Assembly: GCA_947470025.1 (NCBI GenBank)
Contig: CANIRU010000001.1
Coordinates: 7,331 to 71,330 of the forward strand
Direction of reading: 5' to 3'
Source: Chloroflexota bacterium
GTDB lineage: Bacteria > Chloroflexota > Dehalococcoidia > UBA2979
DNA length: 64,000 nt
Positions 8,712 to 15,885 of this stretch are shown here, piece after piece (position 1 is the first letter of the stretch; each line of letters opens with the position of its first letter). The notes beneath the pieces are model-generated. The model searched no databases. It worked only from the letters and a program-made list of their open reading frames with translations, and was not told the origin of the DNA. The translations under genes and the position numbers were made by a program.

Positions 8712-9779
8712 CTACTTCGCGCGGGCGTACTGGACGGGCCACTCGTGCTCCGCGCCCAGCGCCTTCGCTGCGTGCATCGGCCAGTACGGGTCGCGCAGCT
8801 CCTCGCGGGCGAGCAGCACGACGTCCGCATCACCCGATGCCACGATGCCCTCCGCCTGGTTCGGCTCGGAGATCAGACCGACCGCTCCGGTCGGGATGCC
8901 GACCGCGTCGCGGATCGTGCGAGCGAAGCCGACCTGATAGCCGGGGTACACGGTCAGCTTCTGGTGCGGCAGGTTGCCACCGGACGAGCAGTCGATCATG
9001 TCGACGCCCGCGTCCTTCAGCAGGGTCGACAGCGCCACCGAGTGTTCGAGATCCCAGCCATCCTCGACGTACTCGCTTGCGGAGATGCGTACCAGCAGCG
9101 GCATGTTCGCAGGGATCGCGTCGCGCACGACCTTCGCGATGTCGAGCGTGAGCTTCGTACGACCCGCGAACGAGCCGCCGAACTCATCGGTGCGCAGGTT
9201 GGTGTGCGGAGAGAGGAACTGGTGCAGCAGGTAGCCGTGCGCCGAGTGGATCTCGATCACGCGGAATCCCGCTCGCACGGCGCGCTCTGCGCCCGCGGCG
9301 AACGCGGCGATGATGCCATGCACCTCGTCGGTGGTGTACTCGTGCGGCTGCGGGTAGCCCTCGTTGTACGCGATCGCGCTCGGGCCGCCCGGGACCCAGC
9401 CGCCGTCAGCCGGCGCGACGGGCTTTCCGCCGAGCCACGGGCGGTTCGTCGAGGCCTTGCGACCGGCGTGCGCGAGCTGGATCGCGGGCGCCGCGCCCTG
9501 CGACTCGATGAACCTGGTGATGCGGGAGAAGGCCGCGACCTGCTCCTCGTTGTAGATCCCGAGGTCCCAAGGAGTGATGCGGCCCTCATCGGTGACGGCG
9601 GTCGCCTCGGTCATGACGAGCCCGGCGCCGCCGCTCGCGCGCGATCCGAGGTGGACCAGGTGCCAGTCGGTCGGGATGCCGTCCGCGTTGTCGGCGGAGT
9701 ACTGGCACATCGGCGCGACCCAGACGCGGTTGCGCATCTCGAGGCCGCGAAGACGAATAGGGGTGAACAGCACGCTCAT
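8712..9779 (-). CDS. NADH:flavin oxidoreductase (Old Yellow Enzyme family)
   Basis: MSVLFTPIRLRGLEMRNRVWVAPMCQYSA...HSAHGYLLHQFLSPHTNLRTDEFGGS matches OYE motifs. Confidence 0.9.
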   Translation of the reverse strand: MSVLFTPIRLRGLEMRNRVWVAPMCQYSADNADGIPTDWHLVHLGSRASGGAGLVMTEATAVTDEGRITPWDLGIYNEEQVAAFSRITRFIESQGAAPAIQLAHAGRKASTNRPWLGGKPVAPADGGWVPGGPSAIAYNEGYPQPHEYTTDEVHGIIAAFAAGAERAVRAGFRVIEIHSAHGYLLHQFLSPHTNLRTDEFGGSFAGRTKLTLDIAKVVRDAIPANMPLLVRISASEYVEDGWDLEHSVALSTLLKDAGVDMIDCSSGGNLPHQKLTVYPGYQVGFARTIRDAVGIPTGAVGLISEPNQAEGIVASGDADVVLLAREELRDPYWPMHAAKALGAEHEWPVQYARAK

Positions 9780-9914
9780 GGGTGTCGGGTTCCTCGGTCG
9801 GGTGCGGGTGTCGGTGTGGAGCGAGCAGAGTACCACGTGGGGGTATGCGCGGCGTCCCCGGCGGAGCGGGGCGTGACCTCAGTGAGCCGAGCAGCGCATG
9901 AGATTCACCCGTTG

Positions 9915-10155
9915 GGCGGCCCACCCCTACCCCTCCCGGCTCGGGAGGGGTTCAGAAAGAAGAGAACCAACCGTGAGGAGCTGCGCCCCTCACACTCCCG
10001 GCGGAACTTGATGTGGCCGCGTGACGCCGGTGCGAGTGATTCGAGTCGTCTTGAGTCGAGGTGCGAAGCACCCTCGGTTCGATCGGGAGCACGAGGGCGG
10101 AGCCCTCGTTTCTCATCCCCTTCCCGTGCAGGGAAGGGGGCAGGGGATGGCCGCC
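9915..10155 (+). mobile_element. MITE-like non-autonomous element (about 240 bp) with roughly 40-nt imperfect terminal inverted repeats, copy 1
   Basis: Left end GGCGGCCCACCCCTACCCCTCCCGGCTCGGGAGGGG. The reverse complement of the right end is GGCGGCCATCCCCTGCCCCCTTCCCTGCACGGGAAGGGG. Each TIR is itself a hairpin. It shares the conserved core ttcagaa(a)gaagagaaccaaccgtgaggagctgcgcccctcacactcccggcggaa. Confidence 0.7.
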
Positions 10156-10204
10156 TCACGGTTGACCTCGACCGCCCTCGTCGCGGAGGACGGTGCCTCC
10201 CCTC

Positions 10205-11212
10205 TTACCGCGGCAGCGTGGAGAGGAAGGCGTCGACCTCGCGGGCGAAGTCCTTGGGTCGGTCGCCGGGGATGTAGCCGGTGGCGCCGGCGACGGTGAC
10301 GAGGCGTGCGTCCTTCATCTCCTGTACGACACGCTCCGCGACGTCCGCAGCAAGCCCGCGGCTGTGCTCCCCGCGCAGGACGAGGGTCGGCGCGCTGATT
10401 GCGTGGACGGCGACCCACAGCTCGGCGGCGCGGCGCTCTGACGAGGCGATGCGCTCCGCCTCCGGCACCAGTGCGCCGTTGTCGCGCGGACGCGGGTCCT
10501 GTTTCCACGTCCAGCCCTCGGGCGTCTCTTTGAGCGAGTGCGTCAGGCTGTACTCGATGTGCTCGCGCTTGCGCAGCGGGTTGAACTTCACGGCGCGGTC
10601 GAGGAAGTCCTCGAACCGTTCGAGGATGTCGGTCTCGCGATGGAACGCCTGCGTCGCCTGCCCCGCCTCGCGCATGCTCTCGGGGCCGACGTCCACCATC
10701 ACGAGCGCCTCGACGCGGTCGGGGTGCTCTGCGGCGTAGCGCATGGCGGCGACCCCCCCGAGCGACATCCCGGCGAGCGTCACGCGCTCGTAGCCGAGAT
10801 GGTCGAGGAACAGCTCCAGGTCGCCGTACATCAGGTCGTTCAGGTCGTCGTTGATGCGATCGTCGGGCGTCCAGTCGGTGTCGCCATGCCCGCGGAGGTC
10901 GAGGGCGACGAGGTGATAGCGGTCGCGCAGCAGCAGTGCGGCCATGTCCCACGTGTGCGCCGTCAGCCCGCCGCCGTGCAGCAGGATCACGTGCGGCAAC
11001 TGCGCGTTCCCCCAGTCGAGGTAGTGGAACTGCAACCCGCCCAGGAGCACGACGTGGTCGGCGGGCAGCACGATCGCGGGCGCGCCCAGCTCGATCGCTT
11101 CGGCGCAGGCGCGCATGCGTTCGCGGTAGTCGGCGGCGGGATCGGTGGTCACGGGCGGCGCTCCTCTGTGTCGGTAGCACAGCGGGGCGGCTACCTCGCG
11201 GGGAGCATACAC
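10205..11212 (-). CDS. Alpha/beta-fold hydrolase
   Basis: HVILLHGGGLTAHTWD...LRGHGDTDW...LAGMSLGG (nucleophile elbow GxSxG). An alternative GTG start at 11152 exists. Confidence 0.85.
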   Translation of the reverse strand: MYAPREVAAPLCYRHRGAPPVTTDPAADYRERMRACAEAIELGAPAIVLPADHVVLLGGLQFHYLDWGNAQLPHVILLHGGGLTAHTWDMAALLLRDRYHLVALDLRGHGDTDWTPDDRINDDLNDLMYGDLELFLDHLGYERVTLAGMSLGGVAAMRYAAEHPDRVEALVMVDVGPESMREAGQATQAFHRETDILERFEDFLDRAVKFNPLRKREHIEYSLTHSLKETPEGWTWKQDPRPRDNGALVPEAERIASSERRAAELWVAVHAISAPTLVLRGEHSRGLAADVAERVVQEMKDARLVTVAGATGYIPGDRPKDFAREVDAFLSTLPR

Positions 11213-11243
11213 AGGACGCGGGGGGCGTTCGTGACGGGATGCG

Positions 11244-11702
11244 CTATGGCGTGATCTCCGTGTCCGTGGGAGATGGGGGGCTGGTCCAGTCGCCGCACAC
11301 CGCCTCGACGTAGTACGTGTACACCGTCAGCGGCGCGAGGCCGCCATCCACGTACATCGTGCTGGCGCGGCCACCCTGGAACCACACGAGGGTGTAGGTC
11401 ACGTCCGGGTCCGCGATGCGGTAGACGTTGTAGCCGGTGGTGCAGGCGCTCGCCGATTGCGCCCAGTTCAGCGTGATCTGCCCCGGCCCGGTGAGCGTCG
11501 CGACCAAGGCAACCGGCGCGAGGACGTTCGCGGACGACACGGTGCTGACGTTCGACTGGGTCGCCGTGAACAGGCCGATGCTGCGCTCGATCGGGATCAC
11601 GTAGGTGCAGGAGGATGCGACGAGGATCGCGGACACGAGGAACCGCCACGAACTGATCGCGGCGGTCATCCTCGAGCGAAGGGCGATGGTCATCGACGTC
11701 AC
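11244..11702 (-). CDS. Secreted FN3-like domain protein, possible second SipW-cognate substrate
   Basis: Signal peptide MTAAISSWRFLVSAILVASS, FN3-like TLTGPGQITLNWAQSASACTTGYNVYR, and N-terminal SIGLFTATQSNVSTVSSANVL weakly resembling the SipW-cognate motif. Confidence 0.55.
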   Translation of the reverse strand: MTSMTIALRSRMTAAISSWRFLVSAILVASSCTYVIPIERSIGLFTATQSNVSTVSSANVLAPVALVATLTGPGQITLNWAQSASACTTGYNVYRIADPDVTYTLVWFQGGRASTMYVDGGLAPLTVYTYYVEAVCGDWTSPPSPTDTEITP

Positions 11703-11733
11703 GTCGTGCGTCCGTTGGGTTCGTGCGGTGCGC

Positions 11734-12300
11734 TTACGGGTTGTTCGCCGTCTGCTCCGCGTCGAAGGTGAAGGTCGCCGTTGTGGTCGCGTCCTGGAAC
11801 GCGTTTCCGGTCGCCAGCGGCAACTGGACCTTGAAGCACAATGTCTCGTTCGCCGCGGCGATCAGCGCGCGGTCGCCGGCCTGCGCGCCCTGGGCGTTGG
11901 AGCCGATGGCGCCGGTCGCGAGGGCGGCGGTCGCGAAGATGATCGCGCCGTCCTCGGCGGAGCAGGCGCTGGAGGTCTTGGCGCGGATCGTCAGCTCGAG
12001 CTGGCCCGCGAGCGCCTTGCCATCCGTGTTCGTGGTGTTCGTGGACATCGCGTAGCGCAGCGGCAGCGTGCCGTTGTTCGTGATCACGAGGGGGGCGATG
12101 ACGGAGTCCCCCGGCGCCATATTCGCGAGCGTCACCACTGCCGAGGCAGGTGCGCCCGCGAGCTGGATCGTGCCGCTGCCGAAGACGTTCGCGGCGTTCA
12201 CCTCGGAGTCCGTGAATACGGCGAGACTGTCGGCAGCGACAAAGCTGCCCATCGTGCCGGCCGTGAGGAGCGAGGCGAGAGCCAGTCGGAACAAGAACAT
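11734..12300 (-). CDS. TasA/camelysin-like secreted protein with SipW-cognate class signal peptide
   Basis: MFLFRLALASLLTAGTMGSFVAADSLAVFTDSEVNAANVFGSGTIQL carries the AxFxD...N.F..GT.xL hallmark of TasA/CalY-type SipW substrates. Confidence 0.75.
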   Translation of the reverse strand: MFLFRLALASLLTAGTMGSFVAADSLAVFTDSEVNAANVFGSGTIQLAGAPASAVVTLANMAPGDSVIAPLVITNNGTLPLRYAMSTNTTNTDGKALAGQLELTIRAKTSSACSAEDGAIIFATAALATGAIGSNAQGAQAGDRALIAAANETLCFKVQLPLATGNAFQDATTTATFTFDAEQTANNP

Positions 12301-12609
12301 GCGCGAATCCGCTCAGTAATCCCGTTGCACCGATTCTCGGTTGCCCCATCCGCGTCCGGCAGACCTCAACGTCGGGGCTCTCCCTAGTCTTAACCAACGT
12401 CCTCCCGCATCCCCGATCGAGGGTTCTCACCCGTCCCCACCACGTCCGTGGTGTCTCGGATCGGCCCACCGAGCCCAAAGATGCGGGGTGTCCCCGATAC
12501 GCGGGGTAGGGGTTCCCCGGCACCCTCACTAGGCGAACCCTCATGGGGGTGCTCGAACGCTCTCAGGAGGGCCCGGATGGGCTCCTAAGGAGAGCGGCGG
12601 TAACCAGAG

Positions 12610-14409
12610 GTGCCGAGGATGGTCCAGGGCAATTCGATCGGCGATGGCCGCGTGGCCGGACGGCTGGCCGACGCGGGCTCCGTGCTGAAGTCACGCGACA
12701 CGTGGCGCGTCGCGGCGCGCACGCTCCTGATGCTCGCGTCGACGCTCATCACCTTCAGCGTCCTCGCCGCCGCGATCCCCACGTTCCTCGGCATGGACTC
12801 GTTCATCATCGACGGCGGCTCGATGCGGCCGGCGGTGCCCGCGGGCGCCCTCGTCGTCGCCCAGCGCGTCGACCCGGCAATCGTGCAGGCGGGTGAGATC
12901 ATCACGTTCCGTCACAGCACGTCGCCGAACTCCCCTGTGACCCACCGCGTCGTGAAGGTCCTGCGCGAGGCCAACGGCACCACGAACCTGCTGACGAAGG
13001 GCGACGCGAACGCGAGCGCCGACCCGGAGCCCGTGGCGACCGACCTGCCGGTGTCACGCATGGTCTACAGCCTGCCGTACGCGGGCACCGTCCTCGAGTT
13101 CTCGCGCACCAGTGCCGGGAAGGTCGTGCTGATCGCGGCCCCGGCGCTGCTGCTGCTGCTGAGCATCGGCCGGAAGTCCGGCGGTGCGCAGGTTGAATCC
13201 GTTGTCTATGCATCCATCCCTGACGAGTCGAGTGAAGCGGCCACCGAGGTGCCCGCGCCGGAGAAGGTTGTCCTCATGGCCATGGCGAATCCCGTTTCCG
13301 CTGTCCCCGGCGCGCCCAGCGCACCCGATGCGCTGACGCGACTGGCCCAGCGGCCGGCCTCGGCGCCGCGCCCCGGGCTCGCGAGGCGCCTCATCGCCGC
13401 GTTCCAGGACGAACCGGCGACCCCCGTGTACTACGAGGCGGCGCCCGCGCCGGTCGCGGCGCCCATCGCGCCTGCCCAGCCCGTCCAGGCGACGATGTCG
13501 CCGCGTCCCGTGGTGGTGCCGATGGCCGCCGCTCCGTCCGCGTCGATCTACGCGGCCCCGGCGATGGCCCCCGCGATGCCAGCTCCCACGGCGATGCCGA
13601 TCATGCACGAGGCCGCATCGGCGCCACTGCAGATCGTCGCGCAGGCGGCGCAGGCCGTGCATGCGTACGCGCAGACGCCGGTGTCCGACATCGGCGACAT
13701 GCTCGACACCGACAACGAGCCGCAACTCCTGCACCTCGCGCGGTTGCGCCTGCGCTCCGTCGCGCGGCTCGCGGACATCATGCAATCCTTTGACCGCGTG
13801 GAGACCGAGGCGGCTCCGCTGCTCAATCTCGTCACCGACCTCGACCGATTGCGGCAGCAGTTCGCTGAGAACCTCGACGAGGCGATGCGCCCCCTGACGG
13901 AGTTCGCCGACCGCTGGGATGACAACCTGCTCACGCTCGCGGAGCGCATGGACGGCGAGCTGCCGCAGCAGATCGACCTCGCCGCGGAGCGCCGCCGCAT
14001 CGCGGAGATCCGAGCGCAGGTCCCGCACCGTCACACGCTGCTGATCAACCAGTTCGCGCTCGAGAAGCAGGCGATCGATGCAGCCCTGACCGTCTTCGAC
14101 GACCAGGTCGCGCGCCTGGAGGCTCAGCTCACCGCCGCGCGCCGCACCGCCGAGGCGATCGGGGACGGCATGCGGACGGCCGACTTCGGCCGCACCGTCG
14201 CCTTCCTCCGCCGCCGCACGTCGCAACTCGCGAAGCTCGCGGAGCGTGGCGCGGCGACGCCGGAGGACATCGCTCAGGCGCTGCCCCCGGCCTCGTCGCT
14301 CGCCGCGAACGACGAGGAGCACCTCGCGAACTCGCCGTACCTCGCCTCGGTGATCGGCATCCTCGACGACTCGGCGTCCGCGAAGCGACAAGGGAGCGGC
14401 GCCGCGTAG
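12610..14409 (+). CDS. sipW: SipW-type (S26B, archaeal-like) signal peptidase I with a roughly 400-aa C-terminal extension
   Basis: TM1, then GGSMRPAVPAG (catalytic Ser), VTHRVVKV (His), TKGDANASAD (Asp), then TM2 (VVLIAAPALLLLLSIG). This is followed by Pro/Ala-rich low complexity and a long predicted coiled coil (DRLRQQFAENLDEAMRPLTEFADRWDDNLLTLAERM...VARLEAQLTAARRTAEA). Confidence 0.75.
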   Translation: MPRMVQGNSIGDGRVAGRLADAGSVLKSRDTWRVAARTLLMLASTLITFSVLAAAIPTFLGMDSFIIDGGSMRPAVPAGALVVAQRVDPAIVQAGEIITFRHSTSPNSPVTHRVVKVLREANGTTNLLTKGDANASADPEPVATDLPVSRMVYSLPYAGTVLEFSRTSAGKVVLIAAPALLLLLSIGRKSGGAQVESVVYASIPDESSEAATEVPAPEKVVLMAMANPVSAVPGAPSAPDALTRLAQRPASAPRPGLARRLIAAFQDEPATPVYYEAAPAPVAAPIAPAQPVQATMSPRPVVVPMAAAPSASIYAAPAMAPAMPAPTAMPIMHEAASAPLQIVAQAAQAVHAYAQTPVSDIGDMLDTDNEPQLLHLARLRLRSVARLADIMQSFDRVETEAAPLLNLVTDLDRLRQQFAENLDEAMRPLTEFADRWDDNLLTLAERMDGELPQQIDLAAERRRIAEIRAQVPHRHTLLINQFALEKQAIDAALTVFDDQVARLEAQLTAARRTAEAIGDGMRTADFGRTVAFLRRRTSQLAKLAERGAATPEDIAQALPPASSLAANDEEHLANSPYLASVIGILDDSASAKRQGSGAA

Positions 14410-14464
14410 CGCGGCTCGCGCTCACGAACAGACTTCGCCGCGAGCACCGTTGAAGTGCCAGCGT

Positions 14465-14685
14465 GGGGCCGCCCACCCCTGCCCCTCCCGGCGTGGGCGG
14501 GGTTCAGAAGAAGAGGAACCAACGGTGAGGAGCTGCGCCCCTCACACTCCCGGCGGAATCTGCCAGTCTGCGTATCCGTTTCGCGCGCGGTGTTTAGGAT
14601 CATCGGTCTCGGGGAGCGCGAGGGCGTTGTCCTCGCTATTCGTTCCCCTTCCCGCGCAGGGAAGGGGGCAGGGGGATGGGCCGCC
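14465..14685 (+). mobile_element. MITE-like non-autonomous element with terminal inverted repeats, copy 2
   Basis: Left end GGGGCCGCCCACCCCTGCCCCTCCCGGCGTGGGCGGGG. The reverse complement of the right end is GGCGGCCCATCCCCCTGCCCCCTTCCCTGCGCGGGAAGGGG. The conserved core is identical to copy 1 apart from a few substitutions. Confidence 0.7.
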
Positions 14686-14842
14686 ATACGCCGCCACCCC
14701 GACGGGACTCACCGGCGAACAGGACTGTCCCCTGCGCTGTCCTTCGGATGGCCCACGGCGTGTCCGCGGCACGCAGCACGACGCCGAATCGCGGGATCGT
14801 CGTGACGTATCCTCAAGGGGTGATGCGCGAGAGGACTGACTG

Positions 14843-15667
14843 ATGACCGACGCCCCCACCGACGCTCCTGCGACCTCGACGGCCGAGGCGACCTCGGGTC
14901 GGATGCCCACGATCTTCCTCGCGCACGGGTCGCCCAGCACCGTCGCCGACGGCGCATGGATGGGGCAGCTCAACCAATGGGCGCACAACATGCCGCGTCC
15001 ACGCGCGGTACTGATGATATCCGCGCACTGGGAAGAGCGGCCGTTCACCATCGGCGCGACGACGCCGCAGCCGCTGATCTACGACTTCTACGGCTTCCCC
15101 GAGGAGTACTACCAGCTCCAGTACGCCTCGCCCGGTGCGCCGGAGCTGGCGCAGCGGGTGAAGGAACTGGTGGGCAAGACCCAGCCAGTCGCCGAGGAGC
15201 CCGAGCGCGGGCTGGACCACGGCGCGTACGTGCCGCTGATGGCGATGTACCCCGAGGCGGACGTGCCGGTGCTGCAGGTGTCGCTGCCGACGCTCTCCGC
15301 GCCCGCGCTCTTCGACCTCGGTCGTCAGCTCGCGCCGCTGCGCGACGAGGGCGTGTTGATCGTGGGCAGCGGCTTCCTGACGCACAACCTGCGGCTGATG
15401 GACCGTCGGCCCGGTGCGATCACGCCCGGCTGGGCGCAGGAGTTCGACCACTGGGCCGAGGAGGCGCTCGCGACGTGCGACGTCGACGCGATGGTGGAGT
15501 ACGAGCGCCGTGCGCCGGCGGTGGACTGGGCGCTGCCGACGCGTGAGCACTTCGTGCCGGCAGTCGTCACGCTCGGCTCCGCGGTGGACTCGCCGGGCGA
15601 GGTGACATTCCCGATCACCGGCTGGCTCGGCGGCGCGATGACCAAGCGCTCCGTCCAGTACGGGTAG
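14843..15667 (+). CDS. Class III extradiol ring-cleavage dioxygenase (YgiD/DOPA-dioxygenase-like, LigB family)
   Basis: IFLAHGSPS...LMISAHWEE...LDHGAYVPL...IVGSGFLTHN matches the YgiD-family motifs. Confidence 0.9.
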   Translation: MTDAPTDAPATSTAEATSGRMPTIFLAHGSPSTVADGAWMGQLNQWAHNMPRPRAVLMISAHWEERPFTIGATTPQPLIYDFYGFPEEYYQLQYASPGAPELAQRVKELVGKTQPVAEEPERGLDHGAYVPLMAMYPEADVPVLQVSLPTLSAPALFDLGRQLAPLRDEGVLIVGSGFLTHNLRLMDRRPGAITPGWAQEFDHWAEEALATCDVDAMVEYERRAPAVDWALPTREHFVPAVVTLGSAVDSPGEVTFPITGWLGGAMTKRSVQYG

Positions 15668-15885
15668 CACCCGAGCGAGTTGATTCCGCCTACATCACGC
15701 CTGTTTCAGCCGTGCGGCGCCCCGCATGGGAGGATGTCGCACGCCTCGGTGAAGGTAAGCGAGCCCCGGTGCTATGCTGGATTGACGCTCGTAGACGCCC
15801 CGTTCGGGCGCGCGGAACGGTCCGGGAACCTCGACATCACGGCTGATGCAGTGACCGCCCGACCGGCGGGGGAGACGCACGCGCG

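Noticed and set aside
8664-10277. 537-aa + ORF
   Set aside because: Antisense to the OYE gene and runs through the MITE-like repeat. It is a typical high-GC shadow ORF.
13054-14391. 445-aa minus ORF
   Set aside because: Antisense to the sipW extension, and its translation is RG-rich nonsense.
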